The position numbers were made by a program, and so were the translations under genes. Shown here one piece after another: positions 1 to 10,592 of a stretch of 64,000 nucleotides of DNA. Source of the stretch: Dehalococcoidia bacterium (lineage in GTDB: Bacteria; Chloroflexota; Dehalococcoidia; SHYB01). The stretch covers positions 89,954 through 153,953 of the forward strand of contig CBDBNG010000001.1 of assembly GCA_965207995.1 (NCBI GenBank), read 5' to 3'. The notes below the pieces were generated by a model. It was not told the origin of the DNA. It saw only the letters and a program-made list of their open reading frames with translations, and made no database searches. Numbering within the stretch: position 1 is the stretch's first letter; each line of letters starts with the position of its first letter.

Positions 1-1
1 G

Positions 2-592
2 GCGTCGGTCGCCGGCTCGACCGTCGAAGCCGACCTCGCCCTCGTCTACCCCGCGCCACCTGTCACGGCGCCCCCCGGGTCGCACGCCACGCTCGTCTTG
101 CTGTCCGGCCTCCCCGGCGACGGCAAGTCGTACCTAGCCCGCCGGCTCGCTGAGGCGTGCGGCGCCGAGATCGTCGAGTCCGACGCCGTCCGGCTCCGGC
201 TCACCGGAGAGCCGCGCTTCACTCCCGCCGAGCACCGGCGCGTCTTCGACGTCTGCCACGCACTCGTCGAACGTCTTCTCGGCGAAGGGCGAGCGGTGAT
301 CATGGACGCGACAAACTTGGTCGAAGTCCACCGCCAAGCGGTGTACGCGATCGCCGAGCGCACCGGAGCGCGGCTGATCGTCGTCCGCGTCGAAGCCCCT
401 GAGGCGACGGCCCGCCGGCGCCTGGAAGAGCGGGCGGCCCGCGGCGAAGGCCTCGCCGATTGGGCGGTGCGCCGGCGGATGCGGCGGACACGGGAGCCCA
501 TAGCACGGCCCCACCGGCGGGTGGATACGTCGGGAGACACCTCCGATGCGGTGAAGGAAATCGCCGCCGAGGTACTGAACCCCGCGTCTTAG
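2..592 (+). CDS. AAA_33/P-loop kinase-like protein (5' end runs off the window)
   Basis: Walker A GLPGDGKS, SDAVR and IMDATN motifs; frame is open back to position 2. Confidence 0.8.
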   Translation, partial: ASVAGSTVEADLALVYPAPPVTAPPGSHATLVLLSGLPGDGKSYLARRLAEACGAEIVESDAVRLRLTGEPRFTPAEHRRVFDVCHALVERLLGEGRAVIMDATNLVEVHRQAVYAIAERTGARLIVVRVEAPEATARRRLEERAARGEGLADWAVRRRMRRTREPIARPHRRVDTSGDTSDAVKEIAAEVLNPAS

Positions 593-652
593 GAAGCGAA
601 ACACGCGCCGGCGAGGGCCGGCGATGCCGAGAGCCCGGAGGAAGGAAGACTG

Positions 653-2146
653 ATGAGAGTCAAAGCGAGCGCAAGGGACGCCACCAAGGTCCGCGCCGAC
701 GCCCTGATCGTGAACCTCTTTCAGGGGGTGAAGAAGCCCGGGGGCGTCACGGGGGCCGTCGATAGCGCCCTCGACGGCGCGATCTCGAAACTCGTCTCGG
801 CTGGCGAGATCAAAGGAACGCTGGGGCAGGTCACCACGATTCACGTCTTCGGGCAGGTACCGGCGTCACGGGTCGTCGTCGTCGGCCTGGGACGGAAGCG
901 GGAGTTCGACGCGGAGGCGGCGCGGCGGGCCACGGCGGCGGCGATGCGGGCGATGAAGCGGGTCGGCGCGAAACGGGTCGCCACGGTGCTGCACGGCGCG
1001 GGAGAGGGCGGACTCGATGCCGGCGTGGCGGCGCAGGCGGTGACCGAGGGAGCGCTCCTCGGCCTGTACGAGTACCAGCGTCCCGGCAAGCCGCCCAAGA
1101 AGGATGGCGTGATTGGGCTCAGCATCGTGGAAAGAGCGCGGAGCAAGCTCCCCGCCATACGGGCGGGGATCGAGCGGGGCCGCATCATCGCCGAGGGCGC
1201 CATGCTCGCCCGCGACATGAGCAACAGCCCGGCGAACCACATGACCCCGACCGACATGGCGGTGCGGGCGGAGCGGGCCGCGGTGGACGCGGGGCTCGAC
1301 ATAACCGTCTTCGACCGCGAAGAGATGGAGGAGCGGGGCATGGGGGCGCTGCTTGGTGTCTCCAAGGGCAGCGCGCAGCCGCCAAAGTTTATCATCCTGG
1401 AGTACAAGGGCGACCCTGACTCGGAGAAGGCCATCGGGCTGGTGGGCAAGGGCGTCACCTTCGACTCCGGCGGCATCTCGCTGAAGCCGGCGGGGGGCAT
1501 GGCAGAGATGAAGACCGACATGTCCGGCGGCGCCGCGGTGATCGGGGCGATGCGCGCCATCGGATTGCTCAAACCCAAGATCAATGTGACGGGTCTGGTG
1601 CCCGCGGCGGAGAACTTGCCCTCGTCGACCGCGCAGAAGCCGGGCGACATCGTCACCGCGCTGAACGGCAAGACCATTGAGGTCGACAACACCGACGCCG
1701 AGGGGCGACTTCTGCTCGCCGACGCCCTCAGCTACGGCAACCAGATCGGGCTCTCTCCGATGATCGACATAGCCACGCTGACCGGCGCGATCTTGGTCTC
1801 GCTGGGCAAGGTCGCCACCGGGGCCTTCACCAATAACCAGCGGACGGTGGACCGGCTAATCAAGGCATCGCGGGCGACAGGCGAGAAGATGTGGCAGCTC
1901 CCGATGTTCGACGAGTACAAGAAGCAGAACAAGAGCGACGTAGCGGACGTGAAGAACACTGGCGGGCGGAACGCCGGGTCGATCACCGCCGCGTTGTTCC
2001 TCGCCGAGTTCAGCGAGAAGACGCCGTGGGTGCACCTCGACATCGCGGGCACGGCGCGCGCCGCGTCGACGGACGGCTATACACCAAAAGGATCGAGCGG
2101 CGTGCCGGTGCGTACGCTCGTGCAGTTCGTGCTCGACTCGGCGTAG
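653..2146 (+). CDS. pepA: Leucyl aminopeptidase (M17)
   Basis: GKGVTFDSGG, MKTDM, NTDAEGRL, DIATLTGA, WVHLDIAG; GGAGG/AGGAAG upstream. Confidence 0.95.
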   Translation: MRVKASARDATKVRADALIVNLFQGVKKPGGVTGAVDSALDGAISKLVSAGEIKGTLGQVTTIHVFGQVPASRVVVVGLGRKREFDAEAARRATAAAMRAMKRVGAKRVATVLHGAGEGGLDAGVAAQAVTEGALLGLYEYQRPGKPPKKDGVIGLSIVERARSKLPAIRAGIERGRIIAEGAMLARDMSNSPANHMTPTDMAVRAERAAVDAGLDITVFDREEMEERGMGALLGVSKGSAQPPKFIILEYKGDPDSEKAIGLVGKGVTFDSGGISLKPAGGMAEMKTDMSGGAAVIGAMRAIGLLKPKINVTGLVPAAENLPSSTAQKPGDIVTALNGKTIEVDNTDAEGRLLLADALSYGNQIGLSPMIDIATLTGAILVSLGKVATGAFTNNQRTVDRLIKASRATGEKMWQLPMFDEYKKQNKSDVADVKNTGGRNAGSITAALFLAEFSEKTPWVHLDIAGTARAASTDGYTPKGSSGVPVRTLVQFVLDSA

Positions 2147-2211
2147 GTCTTGCGTTTCGGTTACCATTCCCGACAGGGTAACGTGCGCCTTGTCCGGCTG
2201 GCACTTTCCTG

Positions 2212-2241
2212 TTGCCCAAGTTACTTGCCCGATGTTATAAT
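2212..2241 (+). promoter_or_regulatory. sigma70-type promoter upstream of the wHTH regulator
   Basis: TTGCCC-18 nt-TATAAT with extended TGn. Confidence 0.6.
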
Positions 2242-2295
2242 GCAATTCTTGTACATGAGTCGCACTTCAGGAAACCGTGGAAGGGTTGGGGCGCA

Positions 2296-2601
2296 ATGAA
2301 GGCAGGCGGGTCCGACTGGAAGTTCCTCACCAATCACGCACTGGTGCTGAGTTGGATTGCCCAGCACCAGCAGAGCACGGCCCGTGAGATCGCCATCGCG
2401 ATCGGCATCACCGAACGCACGGCGCTCAAGATCGTCGGCGAGCTGGTCGAGGGCGGCTACCTCGACCGGCGGCGCAAGGGCCGGCGAAACGTGTACCGCG
2501 TCAACCCCGGCACGCCGCTGCGGCATGAGCTGGAGCGCAACATCCCCGTCGGCGACCTGCTCGACGTGATCGCTCCCAAGCGCAAGCGCGGCGCCGCGTA
2601 G
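2296..2601 (+). CDS. Winged-helix (MarR/AsnC-like) transcriptional regulator
   Basis: WKFLTNHALVL...TAREIAIAIGITER...GRRNVY; ATG 2296 preferred over TTG 2212, which lies inside the promoter. Confidence 0.85.
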   Translation: MKAGGSDWKFLTNHALVLSWIAQHQQSTAREIAIAIGITERTALKIVGELVEGGYLDRRRKGRRNVYRVNPGTPLRHELERNIPVGDLLDVIAPKRKRGAA

Positions 2602-2612
2602 TCTTTCGCCTT

Positions 2613-2639
2613 CGGACGGAGGCCGGCCGGTTCCGTCCG
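2613..2639 (+). terminator. GC-rich hairpin after the regulator, possible terminator
   Basis: CGGACGGA...TCCGTCCG inverted repeat; no U-tract. Confidence 0.35.
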
Positions 2640-2685
2640 CGCCCTCTGTGGGCTACACTGGATGACGGTCGAGTTTCGGCCGCTC

Positions 2686-2762
2686 GGTGGGCGTGGCCAA
2701 GTGGTTAAGGCGCCAGGTTGTGGCCCTGGAGATCGAGGGTTCGAGTCCCTTCGCCCACCCCA
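2686..2762 (+). tRNA. tRNA-His(GUG)
   Basis: G-1, acceptor GTGGGCG/CGCCCAC, anticodon GTG, TTCGAGT T-loop, C73, encoded CCA. Confidence 0.97.
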
Positions 2763-2832
2763 TCAATTCCGGCTTCGGTTCTCACCCGCCGGTCTATAAT
2801 GAAAGCGCGGCTATCGCCGCTGCGTTTCACCC

Positions 2833-2909
2833 GCGCCCGTAGCTCAACTGGACAGAGCATCAGACTTCGGATCTGAGGGTTGGGGGTTCGAGTCCCTTCG
2901 GGCGCGCCA
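2833..2909 (+). tRNA. tRNA-Arg(UCG)
   Basis: Acceptor GCGCCCG/CGGGCGC, anticodon arm TCAGA-CT TCG GA-TCTGA, encoded CCA; TATAAT at 2795-2800. Confidence 0.97.
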
Positions 2910-2943
2910 CTTGTTCTCCGCTGCGCCGCCTTTGTGCAGGCAG

Positions 2944-3378
2944 CTATCGCAGCGGATCGACCACGGTCAAGAAGGGGAAGCGGTAGAAGTCGGTGTCGCG
3001 GGTGCAGATGCGGCTGATGCCGTGCTCGCGCATGAGTACAGCCGTGTGCAGGTCATGGGCCACATTGCCGCGGATATCCGGCACCTCCGACAAGGTCTGC
3101 GACAGGACCGCGGCGTGCCGATCGGTGGCATGGAGAAGGGTGATTCCCGAAGAGGCCAGGAGTCCCGCGAGAAAGCTCCAAGCCTGTGCCGCTGTCCACG
3201 GCGAGGGGAACGTGTGTCGGTGGGTACTGACTCGGAGAAACTCGTAGCAAATGCTCCACGTGAGAAATGCAGGGGACGGATCGCGACGTGCCTCCTCAAG
3301 GCGCCGACGGCATTGGTCGTGGAACTCTGAGTCGACATTTGCGGCGTAGACGAGAATGTTCGTGTCGAAGACGAGCAC
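2944..3378 (-). CDS. vapC: PIN-domain toxin (VapC family)
   Basis: VFDTNILVYA, EFLRVST, AHDLHTA, TRDTDF acidic PIN motifs. Confidence 0.92.
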   Translation of the reverse strand: MLVFDTNILVYAANVDSEFHDQCRRRLEEARRDPSPAFLTWSICYEFLRVSTHRHTFPSPWTAAQAWSFLAGLLASSGITLLHATDRHAAVLSQTLSEVPDIRGNVAHDLHTAVLMREHGISRICTRDTDFYRFPFLTVVDPLR

Positions 3379-3381
3379 CCG

Positions 3382-3621
3382 TTAGTCCTCTTCCATGGCC
3401 CGGTAGAGCTCGTCGCGGTTGGAGATGTCGACCAGCGGTGCACCGCCATGCCAACTAGGCAGCGGCGGCAGATCGTCGAGCTTGGCGTCCGGCTCGGGGC
3501 CGTCGTCGAGGATGCGGCGGAGGCCCGCTTCCACCAGGGCGGACATCGTCGTCCCTCGGCGCGCGGCCTCCTCCCGCAGGCGCTGCATCACGGTATCGTC
3601 GATGTTCAGCGTGGTCTTCAT
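3382..3621 (-). CDS. vapB: Ribbon-helix-helix antitoxin (VapB), 79 aa
   Basis: MKTTLNIDDTVMQRLREEAARRGTTMSALVEAGLR directly upstream of vapC; it is the 3' part of track ORF 3382..4236. Confidence 0.9.
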   Translation of the reverse strand: MKTTLNIDDTVMQRLREEAARRGTTMSALVEAGLRRILDDGPEPDAKLDDLPPLPSWHGGAPLVDISNRDELYRAMEED

Positions 3622-3657
3622 ATGGGAAACCATATCTGAGATATGGCTTGCCGTCAA
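3620..3657 (-). promoter_or_regulatory. vapBC promoter with palindromic operator
   Basis: TTGACG-17-TATGGT-7 nt-ATG; CCATATCT-G-AGATATGG (3630-3646) plus ATATGG-gaaa-CCATAT (3620-3635). Confidence 0.8.
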
Positions 3658-4532
3658 CTGCCGCTGCCGGCGGCGAATTTCTGCTCGATTTCCTTGTAGT
3701 GGGGGACGCCGACGATCTTCTCGAAGTCGTGGAAGGAGACGAGGGTGTCTTGCAGCGACTTCGTCGTCTTTTCCTCTTTGAGGGCGCGGTAGATGTTGCC
3801 GATGGCGTGGGCGGCGGTGAAGAGGGCGGAGAGGGGATAGACGACCATCTTGAAGCCGAGCGCCTGCAGCTCCGCCGAGCTGAGCAACGGCGTCTTGCCG
3901 CCTTCGATCATGTTGGCGAAGAGCGGCGCGCCGGGCACGTTGGCGGCGATACCGGACAGCTCCTCCACCGACTGGGGCGCTTCGACGAAGACGACGTCGG
4001 CGCCGGCGTCGCGGTAGAGGTTGCCGCGGCGGACCGCTTCGTCGAAGCCGAGCGGCGCGCGGGCGTCGGTCCTGGCGATGATGATGAGGTCGTCGTCGCC
4101 GCGAGCGTGGACGGCGGCCTTGAGCTTGGAGGCGTGGTCTTCGGCGGGAATGACGCGCTTGCCCTCGAAGTGGCCGCACTTCTTGGGCCACTGCTGGTCT
4201 TCGAGGATCACGCCGGCGACGCCCGCCTCGACGCACTCCTCGATAGTGCGGATCACGTTGAGCTCGTTACCGTAGCCGGTGTCCATGTCGGCGACCAGGG
4301 GAATCGACACGGCGCGGGCGATGTGCCGGGTGCGGTCCATGATTTCGGACATGGTCATCAAGCCGTAGTCGGGCGCGCCGAGGGTGGCCGCGGCGAAGCC
4401 GAAGCCCGTGGTGAAGACCGCGTCGAAGCCGGCCTGCTCCGCCAGCCGGGCCGAGAGGGCGTCGTAGGCGCCGGGCAACACGATGATCTCCGGCCCATCC
4501 AGCATCTTCCGCAGCGTCGTCGATCTCCTCAT
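3654..4532 (-). CDS. Isocitrate lyase/PEP mutase family (PrpB-like lyase)
   Basis: GAYDALSA, ADMDTGYG, EDQQWPKKCGH, IIARTDA. Confidence 0.9.
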   Translation of the reverse strand: MRRSTTLRKMLDGPEIIVLPGAYDALSARLAEQAGFDAVFTTGFGFAAATLGAPDYGLMTMSEIMDRTRHIARAVSIPLVADMDTGYGNELNVIRTIEECVEAGVAGVILEDQQWPKKCGHFEGKRVIPAEDHASKLKAAVHARGDDDLIIIARTDARAPLGFDEAVRRGNLYRDAGADVVFVEAPQSVEELSGIAANVPGAPLFANMIEGGKTPLLSSAELQALGFKMVVYPLSALFTAAHAIGNIYRALKEEKTTKSLQDTLVSFHDFEKIVGVPHYKEIEQKFAAGSGS

Positions 4533-4551
4533 TGCCGCCTCCTTATGAATC

Positions 4552-5073
4552 CTAGCTGTCGAAGCCTACAGGCTTCCCAGCAAAGTCTTCCAGCGATTTC
4601 CGCAGCGCTGAAGCGCCTGCGTCGATATTCTGCTCCGCCGTGTCTAGCACGATACCCGCGTCCCAGGGTTCATAGTTCCGGTCGCACACCTGCTGCCAAG
4701 TGGGCAATCGATGGCCGGCAATGTCGGCTGACCGTGACTCCACCCTGCGCCGGTGCTCCGCCTCGTCGGAACACACGATCTCGATTTCGATGCATGGCTT
4801 GTCTGCCCGCCGGGCGACTCCTCGCCAAGCGGTCCGCGTCACCTCCACCGGGTTCACGGAGTCGGCGATGACGGTGTGGCCTAGCCGCAAGTTGTCCTCG
4901 GCAACCGCACAGGCAACCACATATCCTTCGGGCCCCGATATTGCCACATCGGAGTTGCGCAGCGCCTGCTCGATGGAATCGATGCGGAGGTGCACAGCCC
5001 CTATGGCTCGTGCCAGTCCGGCTGCGACTGCGGTTTTGCCCACGCCAGGGAGGCCTCCGAAGATCAAAAGCAT
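4552..5073 (-). CDS. AAA_33/P-loop kinase-like protein
   Basis: GGLPGVGKT, LRIDSIEQAL, VIADSVNP, EHRRRVESR. Confidence 0.85.
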   Translation of the reverse strand: MLLIFGGLPGVGKTAVAAGLARAIGAVHLRIDSIEQALRNSDVAISGPEGYVVACAVAEDNLRLGHTVIADSVNPVEVTRTAWRGVARRADKPCIEIEIVCSDEAEHRRRVESRSADIAGHRLPTWQQVCDRNYEPWDAGIVLDTAEQNIDAGASALRKSLEDFAGKPVGFDS

Positions 5074-5097
5074 CGGGATGCCTTGCGGATGACGGGT

Positions 5098-5859
5098 TTA
5101 CCAGGCGCCGGTCTGGTCGCGGAGAGTTTCGTCTTCGCCGACCCAGCCGGTGAGCGTCTCCGGGGTCTGCTGCGCGAGGTAGAGGGCTGCTTGGGCCATG
5201 TTCTCCGGGCCGACGCCCCAGTTCTCGGGCACGTTGCCCTTGAAGTAGGCGATGGCGCCCTCGGTGAGCACGGCGCGGGCGGGCATCAGGCCGGTGACGC
5301 TGATCCCGTGCTCGCGCAGCTCGGCGGCGAGGCCGAGGGTCATGCGGTCCTCGGCGGCCTTGGAAATGCCGTAGACCAAGTTGCGCGGCGACTCGACGGC
5401 CATCCGGCCCGCACCCGAGCTGATGTTGATGATAACGCCGCTCCCCCGCTCCCGCATCGCGGGCAGCACCGCACGGATGAAGAGGAAGTAGCCCTTCACG
5501 TTCACGTCCATGATCAGGTCGAAGTGCTTGACGGAGATTTCCTGGAAGGTGGTCATGACGCTGGCCGCGGCGTTGTTCACCAGGATGTCGACGGGGCCGT
5601 AGGCCGCCTCGACTTGCTCGACCAGCCCGAAGACCTGGTCGTCGAAGCGCTGGTCGCAGCGAATCGCCATCGCCTCGCCGCCGGCCTCCCGGATCTCCTC
5701 GACGGTGAGGTGGATGCTGCCCGCCAGCTTTTCCGTCTCGACCTCGGAGCGCCCCGTCACGACCACCTTGGCGCCCTCGGCGGCGTAGAGCTTGGCGATG
5801 GCCTTGCCGATGCCCCGGCTCGAGCCGGTGACGATGGCGACCTTGTCCTTCAACTTCAT
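5098..5859 (-). CDS. SDR family oxidoreductase
   Basis: MKLKDKVAIVTGSSRGIG, LVNNA, NISS, YGISK. Confidence 0.92.
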   Translation of the reverse strand: MKLKDKVAIVTGSSRGIGKAIAKLYAAEGAKVVVTGRSEVETEKLAGSIHLTVEEIREAGGEAMAIRCDQRFDDQVFGLVEQVEAAYGPVDILVNNAAASVMTTFQEISVKHFDLIMDVNVKGYFLFIRAVLPAMRERGSGVIINISSGAGRMAVESPRNLVYGISKAAEDRMTLGLAAELREHGISVTGLMPARAVLTEGAIAYFKGNVPENWGVGPENMAQAALYLAQQTPETLTGWVGEDETLRDQTGAW

Positions 5860-5928
5860 GCGCGATCCTTCAAGGCCGGCGCGGCCCGCGTCGTTGACGG
5901 GGAGTGTAGCAGCCTCGCCGCCGTTGCG

Positions 5929-5956
5929 TTGACAGGGAGGGCCAGCGCCGTAAGAT
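5929..5956 (+). promoter_or_regulatory. sigma70 promoter of the LLM gene
   Basis: TTGACA-16-TAAGAT; GGAGG RBS before ATG 5984. Confidence 0.55.
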
Positions 5957-5983
5957 TGCGGCGACCGGGGTCGGAGGGACGCC

Positions 5984-7105
5984 ATGAAGTTCGGGATGCT
6001 CTACGAGCTCCAGTTCCCCAAGCCGTGGGACGGCAAGACCGAGGCGGACATCTTCCGCGAGGCCCTCGACCAGATCGTGCTCGCCGAGGAGGTCGGCTTC
6101 GAGTACGTCTGGTTCGTCGAGCACCACTTCCTCACCGAGTTCGCCCACTCCTGCTCCCCCGAGGTCTTCCTCGGCGCGGTCAGCCAGCGGACGAAGACGA
6201 TGCGGCTCGGCCACGCCGTCGTGCTGCTGCCGGTGAACCACCCCGTCCGCGTGGCCGAGTACGTCGCCACCCTCGACATCATGAGCGGCGGGCGCGTCGA
6301 GTTCGGCACCGGCCGCTCCGGCACCCCCTACCAACTCACCCCGTTCGGCGTCGACATCAACGACACCCTCGGCATGTGGGAGGAGTCGCTTGAGATCATC
6401 CCGCGGATGTGGACCGAGGAGGTCTTCGAACACAAGGGCAAGTACTACGACATCCCCCGCCGCGAGGTGATCCCCAAGCCGGTGCAGAAGCCGCACCCGC
6501 CCATGTGGGTCGCGTGCACCCGCGAGGAGACCTTCCAGGCCGCCGGCGACAAGGGCCTCGGCGCCCTCTGCTTCACCATCGGCAACCCCGGCGACATGCA
6601 GCGGCGCATCCAGACCTACCGCGAGGCCTCCCGCACCGCCCGTCCCGTCGGAAAGTTCGTCAACGAGCAGGTCTCGGCCTTCACCATCGCTCACTGCGAC
6701 CTCGACAACGAGAAGGCCCGCAAGCTGGGCGGCGACGCCGGCCTTTGGTACTTCTCCAACTCGCGCATGCGGCACTCCAACGACTGGGCGGGCGTCGACC
6801 CCACCCTCGTCCCCAAGGACTACCAGTACCACCTCACCCGCAACAAGTACGAGGCCGAGCGCGTCGTCGGCGCCGACGCCGACGCCCTCATCGACGGCGG
6901 CTCATTCTGCGCCGGCGACCCCGACGCCTGCGCCCGCACCGTCGAGCGCTACGCCCAGCTCGGAATCGACCAGCTCATGCCGATCTTCCAGGCAGGCCGG
7001 ACGCCGCACGAGGAGATCATGACCTCGATACGGCTCTTCGGCGAGCAGGTGATCCCCCGGTTCATCGAGAAGCCGACGAGCCCCGCCGCGGACGCCGTCA
7101 GCTAG
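5984..7105 (+). CDS. LLM-class (luciferase-like) flavin-dependent oxidoreductase
   Basis: MKFG, WFVEHHF, HPVRVAE, GRVEFGTGR, PKPVQKPHPP. Confidence 0.92.
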   Translation: MKFGMLYELQFPKPWDGKTEADIFREALDQIVLAEEVGFEYVWFVEHHFLTEFAHSCSPEVFLGAVSQRTKTMRLGHAVVLLPVNHPVRVAEYVATLDIMSGGRVEFGTGRSGTPYQLTPFGVDINDTLGMWEESLEIIPRMWTEEVFEHKGKYYDIPRREVIPKPVQKPHPPMWVACTREETFQAAGDKGLGALCFTIGNPGDMQRRIQTYREASRTARPVGKFVNEQVSAFTIAHCDLDNEKARKLGGDAGLWYFSNSRMRHSNDWAGVDPTLVPKDYQYHLTRNKYEAERVVGADADALIDGGSFCAGDPDACARTVERYAQLGIDQLMPIFQAGRTPHEEIMTSIRLFGEQVIPRFIEKPTSPAADAVS

Positions 7106-8033
7106 CGGGAGCCGAAACAGGGTCGAGACCGGCCTCGGCGCGGGCCGCGTTGACGTGGTCGAGGACGCGTTGCCGCAGCGGCGGAAGCTCGTAGCCGATG
7201 TCGCGGAGCATCCGGCTGTTGTCCACCAGGTAGACGTGGGGCACTCTGGCCTCGCCGAAGCTGAACTTCGCCCCTGGGATGATCTCGGCGACCATGTCAG
7301 CGACTTCCTGCACGGTCGCGAGATGGCCGCCCGTGTTGTACACCGGGCTGCGCAGGTCGCCGCTCAGGACGGCGCGGGTGAAGACCTCCGCCGCGTCCTC
7401 CACGTAGATCATCGACGAGGCTTCGGCGGGGTCGACGGGTATCTCGACCGGGAGGCCGACGGCCGGCCGTGAGATCAGCAGCCCGCCGATGAGTCCGGTG
7501 AGTCCCGTCGTGCGCCCGTGTCCGAAGACAGTGCAGATGCGGATGCCGCGGAGGTCGAGGCCCCAACGATCCCGGTAACGGGCGGCGGTGAAGTCGTTGA
7601 CCGCCTTCGTCTGGCCGTAGACGTTGTAGGGCTGCGAGGGGTCGTCCTCGGTGAGGGCGCGGTCGCCGACGTGCGACTGGTCGCCGTAGACGGCGATGGA
7701 GCTGGCGTAGACGACGCGCTCGATCTTGGCCCACCGGGCTGCCTCGAAGACGTTCGCCGCGCCCTGCACGTTGACCAGCAGCCCGGTGTGGGGCCGCTCC
7801 TCCGTAACCGGCGGCAGCAGGGCGGCCAGGTGCACGATGCGAGTCACGCCGTGGTCGCCGATGGCCTCCAGCAGGTGGGGCATCTGGGTGATGTCGCCGC
7901 GGACGTCGACTGCGCCCTCGGCGGGCGGCCCGGCGATGGTGTCGAAGCGGACGACCTGCTCGCCCCGAGCGATGAGCAGGTCCGAGACCCGCCGGCCAAT
8001 GAAGCCGGCGCCGCCGGTCACCATCACGGTCAT
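7098..8033 (-). CDS. NAD-dependent epimerase/dehydratase
   Basis: VTGGAGFIG, HLAA, YASSIAVYG, YGQTK. Confidence 0.9.
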   Translation of the reverse strand: MTVMVTGGAGFIGRRVSDLLIARGEQVVRFDTIAGPPAEGAVDVRGDITQMPHLLEAIGDHGVTRIVHLAALLPPVTEERPHTGLLVNVQGAANVFEAARWAKIERVVYASSIAVYGDQSHVGDRALTEDDPSQPYNVYGQTKAVNDFTAARYRDRWGLDLRGIRICTVFGHGRTTGLTGLIGGLLISRPAVGLPVEIPVDPAEASSMIYVEDAAEVFTRAVLSGDLRSPVYNTGGHLATVQEVADMVAEIIPGAKFSFGEARVPHVYLVDNSRMLRDIGYELPPLRQRVLDHVNAARAEAGLDPVSAPAS

Positions 8034-8055
8034 GGGCGTGGCACCTTCCTTCGGG

Positions 8056-9285
<1,230 letters not shown>

Positions 9286-9309
9286 ACGGGTGTGCTCCTT
9301 TGCCGCGGC

Positions 9310-10365
9310 TCAGCCGCCGATGCGTTCCAGCTCGCGCAATCCGGCCTCGGCGATGCCCCGGGCGCGCAGGCCCTTCTCCATCGCCTGCTCGCTCGACGCC
9401 GTGCCCGCCATGGCGCGCGCCACGATGCCTTGGTTGATCGCCGCCAGCCGGAACATGTTGAAGATGACGTAGAAGTCCCAGTTCTCGATGCCCTTCCGGC
9501 CCGCGCGCCGGCAGTAGGCGGCGACGTACTCGTCCTCGGGCGGGATGTTGTGCTCGGCGAGGTCGAGCTCGGCCATGCCGTCGACTGATTGGGGCAGCCG
9601 CCGGTGCATGCAGTGGTAGGCGAAGTCGCCGAGGGGGTGGCCGATGGTGGAGAGCTCCCAGTCGAGCACGGCGGTGATCCGCGGCTCCGTGGGGTGGAAG
9701 ATGACGTTGGCGGAACGGAAGTCGCCATGGACGATCGAGCTTTCGTCGCCGGCCGGGATGCTGTCGGGGAGCCAGTCGATGAGCCTTTCCATAGCCTCGA
9801 TGCGCTCCGTCTCCGAGGCGCGGTACTGGCGCGTCCACCGGCTGATCTGGCGCTCGAAGTAATTTCCGGGCCGCCCGTAGTCCCCCAGTCCGACCTGCTC
9901 GTAGCCGACCTGGTGGAGTAGGGCCATGACACGGTTCATCTCGTCGAAGAGGGCGGGGCGCTCGTCGCGGGGGGCGTCGGGCAGCCACGGGTCCCAGAGG
10001 ATGCGGCCCTCGACGTAGTCCATGACGTAGAAGGCGGTGCCGATGACCTCGGCGTCCTCGCACAGCGCGTAGCTGCGCGGCACCGGGACGCCGCTCTCTT
10101 GGAGCGCGGTGATGACGCGGTACTCGCGGTCGACGGCGTGGGCGGAGGGCAGGAGCTTGCCCGGCGGCTTGCGCCGCAGGACGTAGCGGCGGCTGCCTGA
10201 TGTGATGCGGTAGGTCGGGTTCGACTGGCCGGTGCGGAACTGCTCGACCTCGGCCTTGCCGGAGAAGCCCTCGACGTTGGCGGCCATGTAGCGTTCCAGG
10301 GCCGCCACGTCGAAACTGTGGCGCTCCAGCACGGGCATGACGCCCACGATGTCGTCGATTCCCAT
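9310..10365 (-). CDS. APH-family phosphotransferase (ACAD10/11 kinase domain, LvaA-like)
   Basis: GQSNPTY, LRRKPPGKLLPSAHAVDREY, HGDFR, VLDWELST. Confidence 0.92.
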   Translation of the reverse strand: MGIDDIVGVMPVLERHSFDVAALERYMAANVEGFSGKAEVEQFRTGQSNPTYRITSGSRRYVLRRKPPGKLLPSAHAVDREYRVITALQESGVPVPRSYALCEDAEVIGTAFYVMDYVEGRILWDPWLPDAPRDERPALFDEMNRVMALLHQVGYEQVGLGDYGRPGNYFERQISRWTRQYRASETERIEAMERLIDWLPDSIPAGDESSIVHGDFRSANVIFHPTEPRITAVLDWELSTIGHPLGDFAYHCMHRRLPQSVDGMAELDLAEHNIPPEDEYVAAYCRRAGRKGIENWDFYVIFNMFRLAAINQGIVARAMAGTASSEQAMEKGLRARGIAEAGLRELERIGG

Positions 10366-10592
10366 GGCTCTCCGGCGTCCGCCGCACCGCCGCTGGCCAA
10401 CGCGGGCGCATCTTATACCAAACCACCCGGCGGCGGAGTAGAATCCCTCCGGCCCCTTCTTCCAATGGAGAATTGGGATAACGCTGGGGCGGGGCTGCAC
10501 CTAGACCTCCCCCGAAGGGGATGCCTTAAGCCTCTCCCCCGCTGGGGGAGACTGAGAGAGGGAAGGGGTGGGGCGACCCCAGGAGGAAGACG

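Noticed and set aside
2909-5100. Genomic island integrated at tRNA-Arg
   Set aside because: No integrase and no convincing repeat of the tRNA 3' end; only a TA pair and one apparently less GC-rich gene
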